DNA of 64,000 bases from the human T2T-CHM13v2.0 reference genome, Homo sapiens. The position numbers and the translations under genes were made by a program. The stretch is taken from assembly GCF_009914755.1 (NCBI RefSeq), contig NC_060928.1. One strand, 5' to 3'. The notes under the pieces are model-generated. The model was not told where the DNA came from and ran no database searches. It saw only the letters and a program-made list of their open reading frames with translations. This document shows positions 14,300-28,336 of this stretch, piece after piece (the first letter of the stretch is position 1; each line of letters starts with the position of its first letter).

Positions 14300-15528
14300 T
14301 TATCCTCCTTCATATCTGGAGGATATTTTTTAAGTTATCCATTTCAAACGGCTGATATCTTTGGTGTATTGTCCCCATAAACTTTTTATGAAGCATTCGT
14401 GATTTCACCATTTTTCCACCCAAGCTTCACCTTACATTTAATGTTTGCTCTTGCTTCAATTTTAGCAGAATTCATGTTGCTCTGATAAGGAATTTTTTTA
14501 AACTGATGTCTTATCCTTCTTAATGCCTCAAACTAGATGCTGTTCAGACATAACAAATGAGTATGGATTTTTCTGGTGCAAAAATATTTTGAAATCCAGG
14601 CACAGTTTTTTCATAATATGCATTTTTCATAAAGTTGTTGAAGACCCCTCAAATTATCATTATTGCCTCTTTTTTGATCTAATACTTGTACAACCAACTG
14701 CTTATATTAAATTCTCACTGTTAAACTTACTGGCGTGGTTTCTGATTTCTTGACTGGATCTCCACAGATACATCCTTCTTGGATCCATTGTCATGGCAGC
14801 CAGTGTGATCTTTTGGATATGCAAATCAGACTGTGTCATTCTTGGGCTTAATATCCAGTGTTGAGATCCCATTGCTTTCAAGATCAAGTCTAAGACCCTT
14901 ACCATTGCTTACAAAACATTTGCATTCATTCAACAATCAAAGGATTATAGTGGATGATATGGTGCCCTGCCCAGATGCCCTCTTTGAGACTGAGATACTT
15001 ATTCTCCAACTGCCAGGAGTAATGGCTACTGATGACTCCTAGATGTCTCCCTCTCTGAGAATTGGCCTTGATTAAAAGAAATTACCTCACCAAAGGTCAT
15101 GCAACCCCTCCGCAGGAGCACTCACATTCAAATGACTGGTTAGTTCAGAGTGTCTAAAGCCCTGTTCAACTTGCCTTCATTTGGGACAATTCTGAAAGGA
15201 TAACCCAGCTCCAGAATTCCCTGTAGGGTTGGCTGAGATCTCTGTTGCAACTGCATCACAGTTTAACTTCTCCCCTGTCCAGTTTGCTTCCCTTATTCTT
15301 ACAGACATTGTTTTGAGAATAGTCTCCCATAAACCTCTCTCATGCAAATCTCCAACTCACAGTGTGTTTCCTGGGGACCCAATCTAAGTCAATTGGTACC
15401 AAGAGTGGTCCTAGGAAGCAAATGCTAAAATGGAATTTTTGGAGTTGACTAGCCCACTACCTGGCTGGCAATGAGGACTCCAAAGTTGGTGTAGGCAAGC
15501 TGTTGATAGCCCCTAGTATCCTGTAATA

Positions 15529-15765
15529 CAGGTTGCATATTCCTTATGCAAAATGCTTGGGACCAGAAGTGTTTTGGATTTGGGATTTTTTTGAATTTGG
15601 AATTTTTGTATTATATACTTACCAGTTGAGCATCCCAAATCCAAAAGTCTGAAATCTGAAATGCTCCAATAAGCATTTCCTTTCAGCATCATGTCAGTGC
15701 TCAAAAACTTTCAGATTTTGGAGCATATGGATTTTAGCTTTTACAGATTATGGATGCTCAATCTG
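15529..15765. mobile_element. Tigger4a/MER46-type MITE nested in the ERV
   Basis: TA-caggttgcatattcctt...ggatgctcaatctg-TA terminal inverted repeats. Confidence 0.88.
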
Positions 15766-16924
15766 TACTACAATTGTTAAGATTTTCACAATGGTGAGGG
15801 ATGAGATATTGGTGAAAGGGAATGCATTTGTGGGTGCCAATTAAGGCATTCAAGAGATTGGGGGGAAATGATAAATACAAGCACCAGGGAATCAGATGGC
15901 TATTGCTGGTTGTTAACCTATTGATGAGTTGGAGAAAACAATGAAAGACCAAGGGTGATTAGACACAAATTTAAGTGAATTGTGAAAGTCAAAGGGTCTC
16001 TCCTTGGCAGCTTATTAAGTGACTATCAGTTCCTGTAGCCAAAAGATAGAAAAGGCTGAGGATCAGACCCAGAAATTATAACATCAGGGAAACTCCAGAG
16101 AAGGTTGAATTTTCACCCCTAGGAATTCAGTGGCATCAAGCCCAGGGCCTGGTTTGGAAGGAGCAGTACCCTGAAATTTGATGTGACGATATATGGTGCA
16201 GACACTCAAGAACTTTGAAACCCCACATCCACCTGAACTATCTGGACCTATTATAGAAGTGGCCCACTCCTCCCTGTTAAAGGCAACCATGCCCTCTTTA
16301 CCTAAAAATGATCCAGAAGCCTCCATCTTGCAAAACACATGTGCCTCTCTCAGGAGTTACCACACTTTCCAACCTGACCCCCAGACCAAGATCACATGAC
16401 CATGTGCACACAAAATGATAACATGGCCCAGTCAAGGATATGCTAAGGCTGCTAAGAGAGGAAAGGGGCTATCCACTGAAGAAGAAGCAGGACTGGCCAA
16501 CATGTACTGTCAGGAGCCAGAACAGCACATAGGCGCCTGGATACTGAGGATGCTGGATCAAATGGGAGGGAGGGGTTGATCAGAGGTGGGTGTGGGAGGA
16601 AGGGCAGGGCTGGGAAAGGGAGAGTTTATTGATATGAGAGCACTCTCCTGTGATTGGCTCCCTGGAAAGTCTCTGAGATATGTTGCTATCATGCCGCTAG
16701 AATAACTCTTGCAAGCTTGGAGAACGTAGTAAACTCTGTTGCCATGACAAATGGTGAAGAAAGGGAATCAAAGGCCTAGAGAAGTGGACGCACTACATAA
16801 AATAGAATGGCATACCAGCTAATTGCATTCCATGGGGGAGAACCAGAGGAAACCCTTTTCCCAAAGCAATAAGGAATACAGCAGTGAACAGAGAAGATAC
16901 ATTACTGACGTGACTGTTCTCTAC

Positions 16925-17140
16925 AGCAAGGGTCAACTAACTTTTTCTATAAAGGGCTCAAGAGTAAATGTTTTAGACTTTGTGGGCAATATGGTCTCTG
17001 TCACAACTGTTCAAATCTCTTCTTGTTGCACAAAAGCAGCCATAGACTAGATGCAAGTGAATGAACATGGTTGTGTGTTCCAATAAAACTTTATTTACAA
17101 AACAGGTGGTAGGCTGTATTTGGCACATGAACGATCTCTG
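16925..17140. mobile_element. MER58A hAT-Charlie MITE nested in the ERV
   Basis: aactttttctataaaggg...gtaaatgttttagactttgtgggc...ccaataaaactttatttacaaaacagg. Confidence 0.85.
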
Positions 17141-18556
17141 ATTGATAGGTTAGGACTGACGGTAGAAGATGTTTTTACAGAACCGAGCTCACCAATAGAA
17201 CTGAGGGTGATAAAATCTTAAAATAACAAAGGCCAGGCAGCGGCACTTAAAAATCTGAAGCAAAGTGAATATAGTTATCCTAATGAGCAGCAAGATTAGA
17301 TTGGCAGCCAGTAGCGCCTGATCTGCAGGGAGGTATGGAGATGGTTAATAAAATACAGTCTACCTAGAGGCAAGGTAGATGGGTCGCCCACAAGGATTTT
17401 GCTGAATTTATACAATCAAAAGAAATCAATGATGGATAATCAGGAGATTGGGGTCAGCTGCCTTAATATATAGTCACGATGCTCTGCCTAAACCAGTTCT
17501 CAGGTCTAGAGCCCATGGACTACAGAAGACATAGTTCCCATGAGGAAGAGCCCTGCAACAAAATGGCAAGTGCACGCAGTAATGACTCCCTCAGTCCTTA
17601 CCCAGGGGGACGTGTGGCCATTTACTTATGTGACCATATACTGCAGAAAAGATAAAAATCCAGATTTTCGAGGAGTGTTACACAAAGGGTCCAGATTTTG
17701 TGGACTATATCTGATGACCTGAAACATTATCACAGCTGCCCTGTTAGAGTGGGAGCATATAGGAGCCAAGTCCTGACCCAAGTCTGGCTTACAGTGAGTC
17801 CATCCACTGAGTCCACAGACTCATCTGGTTGTTATTTCCCTGGTTCCCATATGCGTATTTGGAATGAATACACTTGGTAGTTGACAGAATTCTATGTGGG
17901 TTGCTTGGTCAATGATGCAAGAGCCATTGTAGTGGGGAAAAATACATGGGAGCCTCTGAAACTGGCTCACCAATCAAGAGAGTAAATCAAAAACAGTGTC
18001 AGTTTCCAGGAAGAATGGCAGAGATGAGTGCTGCCCTAGAACCTACCAGTTTGGTCCCTATGAAAATCAGATGGAACCTAGTGGATGACAGTGAGTACAT
18101 GCAAACTCAACCAAGTAGTACCCCCAATTACAGCTGTTGCTCCAGACGAGACATCATTGCTGGAGCCAGTTTGCTAATATATTCTGTTCCATACATATGA
18201 GGAAGAGGGATCAAAATTTGTTTTCATTCACATGAAATGGACAAGAGTACATTTTTATAGACTTGCCCCAGGGCTATGTTAACTCTCTTGCCTGTGTCAT
18301 AATATATTCCAAAGGGATCTGTACCTCTGCATATTCCACAAAGTATCACATTTGTCCCCTCTACCAATGACATCATGTTAATCAGACTAGATAAGCAAGA
18401 AGTAGCAAGTATGTTGCAGGCTTTTATAAGATCCATGTACTGCAGACAGTGGGAGCTAAACCCTGTGAAGACTCAGAAGCCTAACACATAAGTGAATTTA
18501 ATAAGGGTCCAGTAATCTAGGGCATATGAGGAAATCCTCTCCAAAGTATGTCTCTT

Positions 18557-18752
18557 GTTAATTAGCTGGGCGTGGTGGCACATGCCTGTAGTCCCAGTTA
18601 CTCGGGAGGCTGAGGCAGGAGGATTGTTTGAACCCAGGAGTAAAAAGGTTGCAGTGAGCTAAGATCACACCACTGCAGTCCAGCCTGGGCAACAGAGCAA
18701 GACTCCATCTTAAAAAGCAAAAAAACGAAAACAAAACAAAACAAAAAAAAAA
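18557..18752 (+). mobile_element. Alu right monomer (5'-truncated AluJ or FRAM)
   Basis: Right-arm sequence; TSD caaagtatg(t/c)ctctt on both sides. Confidence 0.9.
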
Positions 18753-18994
18753 CAAAGTATGCCTCTTATACCTCTACCTGTAGGAAGAAAGTCCCATGAC
18801 TTTCTGGGATCTGGAAGAAGCATATTCCACACTTTTAAGTCTTATCCCAATTAATTTACAAGTGACATGGAAGGCTGCCAGCTTTTCATAGATCCCAGAG
18901 CAGGAAAGGGCTTCAATAGACCCGGGGCTCTTGTGCAAGAAGCTCTTCCTTTTAGACTGTCATATCCTGGTAGGTCACATGCCAGAGGCTTCTT

Positions 18995-19537
18995 GTGTTA
19001 AGAAACAATATTCTGTGTGTCTTTTGCATTTCTGCATGTCTTGTGAGTGAAGTGCCATCTGCCCTTTGTTCTGAGCTATCTTTTCAAGGATGTTTTGTTT
19101 GTATAGCAGTGTCTTTCTCTGGACCAGGAGACAGGTTTTCTTACAGTTTCAGAATAAATAGTATCTTCCTGCAGAACACAGGGCAGTTTTTCTTATAACT
19201 ATGGATGATAGAGATAGCATCTCTCTCTGCAACAAAGAGCAAGCTTGCTTACTGCCCATTATAAAATATTTGAGCTCCCTAAGCTCAGAGTTTATTTACT
19301 GTAATGCAATTCACAGTGTAGGCAGGTGTGATGTATCCCTCTTTGCCTCGCCCTATAAGAATTGGGGTTTAGGGAAGGAGTACAGAATTTCTGATATTCT
19401 GGCTATTGCTATTGCTGTGAGTAATAAACTATTCATCTCTGACTCCTTGATTTCTACCAGCACCCATAAAATGGTGGTAGGCTAACTTGTTGTCTTGCAA
19501 GAAGGGTAAAATATCAGACTCTTCACAGTTCTTGACA
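18995..19537 (+). mobile_element. MER76-like solo LTR nested in the ERV
   Basis: tgttaagaaa...ctatcttttcaaggatgttt...gctattgctgtgagtaataaac...ttcacagttcttgaca. Confidence 0.75.
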
Positions 19538-19629
19538 CTATAATGAGAACAGAAGCTGTGTAGAGTTTATGGCAAACTCCAGTAGGAGAATCATAATACA
19601 GACTTCTGGACGGGGTGGTGGAGCAAGAG

Positions 19630-20163
19630 GGATTGATTTTATGGAATTTGCTCACCCAGTTGTGGGGGCTGGCTAATCTGAAATCTAGGACAGGTTGACA
19701 GGCTGGAAACCCAGGGAAGAGACTGTTATAGTCTTGAGTTTGACTTTCATGGGGCAGCAGGCTGAAAACTCAGGCAGGGTCTTAAGATTGATGTTGCAAT
19801 CTTTTTTAAAATAATAATTTTATTTTTAATTTTTCTGGGTACATAGTAGGTGTATATGTTTACAGCATACATGAGATGTTTTGATACAGGCATACAATAT
19901 GTAATAATTACATCAAGGTCAATGGGATAATCTGGAGGAGGATTCCCTCTTTTTTGGGACACTTCAGTCTATGAGCTTAAAGCCTTTAACTGACTGTGTG
20001 AAGACCACACATGATGGAGGGCAATCTGCTTTACTGAAAGTTACTGACTTAAGTGTTAGTCACATCTGAAATACTCCATCACAGCAAAACCTAGTGTGGT
20101 GTTTGATCAAATAACTGGGCTCCATAGCCTAGCCAAGTTGACACATAAAATTAATTGTCACAC
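19630..20163 (-). mobile_element. MLT2 (MLT2D-like) LTR containing an L1MA 3' fragment at ~19800-19930
   Basis: Ends agcctagccaagttgacacataaaattaattgtcaca; internal tgggtacatagtaggtgtatat...gatacaggcat is a reversed L1MA 3' end. Confidence 0.8.
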
Positions 20164-20421
20164 CATCCATGCTCCAAAGCTGAGGCCTCCATACTCATTG
20201 CCTCTCAGTCCAACTTCTTCAACTTCTCCCCTGCTCAGTCCTGCCTCTCTCACTCCCTCACTCACATTCTTCCTGAGAGCACCCTCCAATAAACCTCCTG
20301 CCCTTATATCTTCTTCTGAGAGTCGGTTTTCTTGGAATCCTGACACAAGACAAAGATACGGTAATGAACAAAACATGCTACTCAGAGTTATTACCAAGTC
20401 TAAGTCAGAAACTGACTCCTG

Positions 20422-20755
20422 GGCTAGGCACAGTGGCTCAGCCTGTAATCCCAGCACTTTGGGGAACTAAGGTAGGAGGACTGTTTGAGGCCAGGAGTTC
20501 AAGACCGGCCTGGGAAACATAGCGAGACCTTGTCTCTATAAAAAGAGAAAGAAAAAAATTAGCCAGGCATGGCAGCATGTGCCTGTAGTCCCAGCTACTA
20601 AGGAGGCTGAGGCGGGAGGATTGCTTGAGGCTGGGAGGCCAAGGCTGCAGTGAGCTATAATCAAGCTGTAGTGAGTTAGGACCATACCACTGCAGTCCGT
20701 CCTGGGCCACCAAGTGAAATCCTGTCTCTAAAAAAACAAAACAAACAAACAAAAA
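20422..20755 (+). mobile_element. AluJ with a ~20-bp internal duplication
   Basis: ggaggattgcttgag J diagnostic; gctg(c/t)agtgag repeated; TSD about agaaactga. Confidence 0.92.
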
Positions 20756-21949
20756 GAGAAACTGATTTCTAAAGATTTTGTTGTTAGTTTAGTTGTTAAA
20801 ATATTCAAAATCTGGTCTTCAGATATCTACTACAAAATTTTAAAAAAAGAAAATAAAATATTCGAAATCATACAGTCTATTTTCTTTGAGAGAAATAAAC
20901 CCATCTCATTATATGTTGGAAAAAGCCATTTGACTTCAAGAACAAAGCAACTGACCAGTTAAACAGAAAGCAAATGATGGTATGTACCCCCCAAATTTGT
21001 ACAACTATTATATATCAATAAAAAAGTAAATAATTTTAAGGAGTACTTAAACAAAAATTAGAATATAGAGACATTAAAAAAATAAATTGTCTGCTTTTTT
21101 AAAAAAGAAGAACTCTCAAAAGAAAAACCTCATTTGTTTTTCCTTTGTTGCTTTTCTGTCTAAGCAGGAACTGCCCAGTTTTCAAGCTCCAAGCTCAGCC
21201 TGTAATCCTTAGCTGTGCACATGTTCTGGGAGTGTGTGCCCACAGACATTCAGCAGATGGTCTCGGCCTGGACATCTGGAAGTCTCATCAGATTATGGGG
21301 CACAAATTTGTGATAATAGATTTAATTCAGTTTTTACTTAACATTTTTTGGCTGGTTTAAAGACCCTGGGGTCAGTATGTAACTTGGCAAGAGTTTTACA
21401 AAAATTGTTCCGAATTTACCATCAATGGGCCGATCTTATACAATATTTTGTTTGTGCAACTCAGACCAGCTGGGTAAAAGCTAATGAAAGAAATGCAATT
21501 ATAAGGGGGTGGGAGGTACATGTAAGGCTTATTAATGCATTAGTCATTCTCTGCAAACCCCTCACCATCCCACTGTGCTGCTGCATCATGAGCACAAGAT
21601 AACCTTGGGGGAACATGGCTGTCTTCCTTTATCTTCTGATTCTGGAGTCTAGAATTTGTGCTTTATTTGGGATAATCAAGGGGCAATACAGCAATAATTA
21701 TCACCAGATAATTTTGTACTTTTATTAAGAATAGTCTGATATAACCCTTAAGAGAAAAACAGAAATGAGGTAAAGCTTCATCCTACTGCAACACATACAA
21801 TGTTAAAGGAGAACTTTCTCTCCTTACCATCAAAAATAGCATAAATTGGGTACTTGCCTGGAAGAGCCTACACCTTTTTCATGTGTCTTTCATAGCATTT
21901 AACATTCAATTTTACTCAAGAAAAATATGTTGAACAGATGGATTTCTTT

Positions 21950-23200
21950 TTTTTTATTTTTTAAAGATAAGATAAAAATAAGCCAAGAAGAAAAAAGATT
22001 AACAACCCATTAAGAAAATGATCAAAGTCACTAATGGGAAAGAAAAACTGAAAGGCCAATAGACATATAGAAAGGTGTTTGGCCTCAGTATTAATTAGGA
22101 AAAACAAATTAAACTACAATGAGAAATCATCTTACACCCTTCAGATTGGAAAAAAAAAAAAACTTAATGACAATTTCAAAGATTAGCGAGAAGCTTCATA
22201 CTCTTAAGGTGGGACTATAAAATGGTACAACTATTTGGCTATAGAAGTACCCAGTTAAGTTGAAGATGCACTTACCCTGTGACCCAGCAAGCCCACTCCT
22301 AGGCATACACCCTAGATAAGGTTACAAGTTCAAGAATGTTCCTTGCAGCATTGTTGGAAATAGCAAAACAGAAACAAAATTGGAAACACTCTAAGTGTCC
22401 ATCAATGAAAGAATGGAGAAGTACATTGTTGCATATTTATACAATGGAATACTATACAGCAGTCAAACTGAATAAATTATAACTATCAATGTAGACAAAT
22501 CAACAAAAAAAAGCAAATTGCATAAATCTAGAAAATACCCAAAAAGAGTCTAGAAAGTAATGCTTTAATGATATGGTTTGGCTATGTCCCCACCCAAATC
22601 TGATCTTGAATTGTAGCTCCCATAATTCCCACGTGTCCTGGGAGGGACCTGGTAGGAGGTAATTGAACCATGGGGGCAGGTCTTTCCCATACTGTTCTCA
22701 TGATAGTGAATAAGTCTCATGAGATCTGAAGATTTTATAAAGGGGAGTTCCCCTGCACAAGCTCTTTTGCCTGCCACCATGTAAGACATCCCTTTGTTCT
22801 TCCTTCATCTACTACCATGACTTTGAGGCCTCCCCAGCCATATGGAACTGTGAGTCCACTAAACCTCTTTCCTTTATAAATTACCCAGTCTGGGATATGT
22901 CTTTATTAGCAGCATGAGGACCGACTAATACATGTATTATGTTCATTGATGCAAAATATGTGGAAAAATTACTAAAACAAACATGGAAATGATGAACACA
23001 ATTTGTGTAGTTATCTCTAAGGAGGACAGCAGGGAATGGAAAAAAGGAGGGAATTCAGAGATGGCTTCAACTGTATCTATAATATTTAAGTTTGAAGATG
23101 GGAGAAAAAATCTGAAGAAAATAAGGTAATAAAAGTGGTGTTCACTATATAATTTTCTATGTTTTAGTATGTTTAAAATATATTTTAAAACAATATTTAA
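21950..23200 (+). mobile_element. Old L1 (L1MC/ME-like) ORF2 end and 3' UTR fragments, interrupted by THE1
   Basis: gacccagcaagcccactcctaggcatacacc; aagtgtccatcaatg; acaatggaatactatacagcagt. Confidence 0.75.
22569..22932 (+). mobile_element. THE1 (B/C-like) solo LTR
   Basis: tgatatggtttggct...aaggggagttcccctgcacaagctc...gactaataca. Confidence 0.93.
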
Positions 23201-23649
23201 AATTTAAAAACCAACATTTATTTTAAAATCTGAGATTAGACATCAGCTCTCTTGAACTATGTTATTTCAACAACCTAAATGGGGAAGACATGAGCTCACG
23301 CCAACAATAGCCCTAACCCAGGCCTAACTCTGGATGGTGTTCCAGCAAGCAGCACTCCCAGCTGCCTGTTTTCCAGATTTCCAATAACAATTTGCAAAAG
23401 ATGGCATGATTTGTTTAAGAGAGCTGAGCTTGTGTTCTTCCTGAGAGTGTGCCCCATTGCCATTAATTTCATTGCCTGCAAAAATAAAAATTTGAAGCTG
23501 CCTCTTCAATTGGCTTAGTTGGAAAATTCTATATTGGTAGAAATTCCACCAACTAACCACACCTGATCTTCAGTAATGCCAAGTAAAGTAGATGTTTTTA
23601 GTTGGAGTCATTTTCACCCCCTGGAGCTGACACAAACTGATTTGTAATT

Positions 23650-23956
23650 TTTTTATTTCTATTATTTATTTATTTTTTTTTTTTTGAGACAGGGTCTCCC
23701 TCTGTCACCCAAGCTGGAATGCTCAGCTCACTGCAACCTTGATTTCCCAGACTCCAGCGATCCTCCCACCTCAGTTTCCTAAGGAGCTGAGACTACAGGC
23801 ACATGCCACCATGCCTGAGCAATTTTTGTATTTTTTTGTAGAGATGGGATTTCACCATATTGCCCAAGCTGGTCTCAAACTCCTGGGCACAAGAAGTCCT
23901 CCCATCTAGACTTCCTAAAGTGCTGGAATTACAGGCATGAGCCACCACGCCCAGCC
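23650..23956 (-). mobile_element. AluJ
   Basis: gagacagggtctc...gatcctcccacctcag, reverse dimer. Confidence 0.92.
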
Positions 23957-24004
23957 AGGATTATCTTTTTCCAAGTTTTTTCTATGCATAAAAGATACAT
24001 AAAA

Positions 24005-24293
24005 GTCGGGCGTGGTGGCTCACACCTGTAATCTCAGCACTTTGGGAGGCCAAGGCGGGTGGATCACCTGAGATCAGGAGTTCAAGACCAGCCTAACCCC
24101 GTCTCTACTAAAAAGACGAAAATTAGCTAGGCATGGTGGCAGGTGCCTGTAATCCCACCTACTCAGGATGCTGAGGCAGAGAGAATTGCTTAAAACCCAG
24201 GAGGCGGAGCTTGCAGTGAGCTGAGATTGCACCACTGCACTCCAGCCTAGGCGACAGAGCAAGACTCCGTCACAAAAAAAAAAAAAAAAAAAA
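24005..24293 (+). mobile_element. AluS with a small internal deletion
   Basis: Dimer lacking ggccaacatggtga; A tail. Confidence 0.93.
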
Positions 24294-25213
24294 GGTACTT
24301 CACACATGTACACATACAAACACACAATCGGAATCAGTGTGTATCTACCGTTTTGTATTTTTCTCACTCAGCAACATATTCCATTTTATTATTTATCTGG
24401 AGCATCACTTTTTAATGATGCACACAGTATTCCCTTACACAGAGATTCCATAATTTATTTAAGGAATTCTTTCATTGAAGGGCATTTACATATTGCCAGA
24501 TTGCCATTCCTGAAAGCCTGAACCAATTTAGGTCCCTATCAGCCCTATCAGCAGTATATGAGAATGTCCATGTCCCTGTTCCCTTAACAACATTGCTGAC
24601 CAAGTGTTTTTTCCTCCTCCACAGAAAAATAATAGGAGATTCTCATTATGACACATGATTTGGAGAAGGGGATTTACTGAGTGAACAACACTTTAAAAAT
24701 GTGTACTGTTTAATTACCAGAGAATTTTTATGCAGTTTATTTCTACTCAGTGCAAGGTATTAGAAGAGGAATGGTTGTTGTAAAATTTCAGAATAACGTG
24801 TCTTTAGTTAAACACTCAACTTCTGCTACGTAGCTCCCTGAGGCCAGAGATAATGCCCTATTTATCATTGCATCTCAAGGATCTCACACATAAAACGCTT
24901 TCAATACATGTCTATCAAAGTAATGAATACAAGAATGCTAAATCCATGCCAACCAAATGGTCATGGCTTGGAAATCATTTAAGTTAAAGCAGTTTCCAAA
25001 ATAAGATGAAAATTGAATCCAACTTTTTTAGTTTAAAAACTTCAGTTCTCCATGTTCATCTTAACTGTTATATATATTTTTGGATACCAGACCCTGACTA
25101 TACCTGGATGGTAGGAAAACATAAGAGAAAAATAATAGGAAAATATCTCTGTGTGCCATGGAAATATGCTTTGTCTAGCAGTATAATTAGCCAACAGACT
25201 AGCAACATTGTCA

Positions 25214-25657
<444 letters not shown>

Positions 25658-26501
25658 TCAGGCTGCCTGAGAGGCAGTGAGAGGCTCCAACTTCTCCAAG
25701 TCAGCCTCAACCACGTGCCAGATCAAGAATGGTGCTGTGTCTTCCAGCAAATGACAGACGAGCACAATTCCAGGAATTCCTTTTTCGGCAGATTTGTAAT
25801 AAGCTCCACAATTGGTGTTCTATAGCAAGACATATTTTTAGATTCAACTTTCAACTCTGGTCACCCAGAGCTGGGGCTCTGGACATTGTCCTCTGCATCC
25901 TCTTTCCCCGGGATTGCTCAAATTGCAGAGGAGGGGGTCATGACCCCTATAGGGTCACAGAGAGCAAAACAGCCAAGAATCAAGTGGAGTTTTCTTGAAG
26001 CTGCTGGGAAGGGAAATTGTCTTCTGTCAGTGGCCTCATTGCCATCAAAACTGCTTTCCCCATTGCTGCTCCATCTATCAGTCATGACAGTTGCTTCTGG
26101 TTTAAAACGTACTAAGTGTGAGGCACCATCTAGGTGCTTTACTTTCCAGTTCTTGCTCACATTTTTCACATCGTGCACACAGGAAATGATACTATTTGTG
26201 CACCCAGTACACAACCAAGGCTGCTTGTGGCAGGAGGCCACTGGCTGAGGGTCTGGAAAGCCCCAAGCCTCACCCAGTTACTCTGTGGGCCGAGAAATAT
26301 ACTATCACAACACATAGATAATCTATCTGTGACATGCCATTGGAAAACTGCTTTATAGGGATTATCTCACTTAATAAATGCAACTGTGTGGGTTACGTGA
26401 CTCATATTTATAAATGAGTCACAGAAAGGCTAAGCACCTTGCCTATGGTCACATAGGTAGTTAGGCATCCAAACTGTAGTGTAGACTGTAATGGATGTTT
26501 C

Positions 26502-27375
26502 AGTCTGTATTTGGATGTTACCTGTAGCATACCCACTAAGATTCCATTGACTAAAGAAAATTATATGTATTACTTGTTCACAAATATTAATATTTATTCT
26601 TTTCCCACCCTTGCAATGCTTACCTGTAAGATGGAAAAAAACTTCCACTGACTTTGAGAGTTATTACAGCATAAGCTGACCTATACACAAGGTCTATCTG
26701 CCTCCCCTGTCCAGGTACTTTCCGTTTTGCTGTATTGCCTCTCATCTCCAGCCCTTCAAGGAGTTCTACCCATCCGTCTGTTTTCCTGGTATTTTAATTT
26801 TTCATATTCATGGTAAAAATAGTAGAACTTCTCTTTTCTTTTACCTGTAAAAGAAAGATGAAAATACTTCCATCTTACAGGTAAGCACTGCAAGGGTGAG
26901 AAAGGAATAAATACTTGTGAACGAATAATACATATAATTTGCTTTAGTCAATGGAATGTTAGTGGGTATGCTACAGGTAACATCCAAATACAGGCTCTAA
27001 ATGCACTGACATGATATTGCTTGACTTCGTGGGCTCCCACCATCAGCGGCAAGAATGTGCCCTAGACAGAGGTACCAGAATGAAGATCTGTGCAGCAAAA
27101 GTGAAGAGGTGAAAAGTGCTTGCAGAGCCAAGCAAAGCTACAGCCAACCCACAGATCTGGGAGTAAGAAGTATTGTTGTAAACCATTGACTTTGAGAGTT
27201 ATTACAGCATAAGCTGACTAATACACTAGGTCTGTCTGCCTCCCCGGTCCAGGTACTTCCCATTTTGCTGTATTCCTTCTCATCCCCGGTCCTTCAAGGA
27301 GATCTACCCATCAGTCTGTTTTCCTGGTATTTTAATTTTTTACGTTCATGATAAAAATAGTTGAACTTTTCTTTT
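26502..27375. repeat. Local complex duplication: inverted pair A (26502-26636)/A' (26868-26996) and direct pair B (26645-26838)/B' (27183-27375)
   Basis: Manual alignment; B and B' about 89% identical; A matches the reverse complement of A' at similar identity. Confidence 0.9.
26865..27225 (+). mobile_element. Old MLT1 (I/K/L-like) LTR remnant
   Basis: tttgctttagtcaatggaatgt...cagccaacccacagatc...tattgttgtaaaccattga...agctgactaataca. Confidence 0.6.
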
Positions 27376-27993
27376 TGTCTTTTTTAATTTTTTTAATAAA
27401 AAACTTTATTTACTTAGAAGCATTGAGAAGGTCAACAAAGGAGCTGCAACTGTTTTTTCAATTACAAAATGGTATTCAATTAACAGAACAAAAATGGTTT
27501 TCCACAAGCTGCGTCAGAGACAGCTGAAGATGAAAAAAACAACCATCCCCATATATAACTAATTTGTGCTGTGGACCAACAAGAACTTACTCTAAATTTC
27601 CATGGCAATTTACAACCCCCATACTGTACCGGGAAAGGTTAGTGGATACTGAAAATGCCACCAGGTCAGGACTATCTAAAGACACATTTAGTAGTGTGTT
27701 AACTATACAAAAAAAATACACTGTACAGTTTAAAAACAAATCTTACACAGCCTTACTTTTCTATTTTTTTTTTCTTTAAAAGGTGTGAGTTGTGTACAGG
27801 GGGATTAAACGCTTTATAGACAAGAAAAGAAACTGCACTAGAACCAACTTAGTCACCATTGTTTTCTTCTTCATCTTTACCTCCTCATTTTCTTCCTCCT
27901 CCTCATCCTCTTCATCTTCCTCCTCTTCCTTCTTTTCCTTGCTTTGTTCAGCCTTGATGGCTCCCTTTTTTGCTGCATCAGGCTTTCCTATAG

Positions 27994-28336
<343 letters not shown>

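Larger units (their letters stand above)
14946..20352 (+). mobile_element. Decayed class III ERV provirus (LTR16-type LTRs with ERV3-16A3-like internal region)
   Basis: 5' LTR ~14946-15391; tRNA-Leu-type PBS tggtaccaagagtggt at 15394; pol remnants VNQKQ, KLNQVVPPI and LPQGYVNS (18263); partial LTR16-like 3' segment ~20165-20352 with aataaa. Confidence 0.8.

Noticed and set aside
16563-16620. G-run cluster with G-quadruplex potential
   Set aside because: It lies inside decayed ERV sequence with nothing suggesting function.
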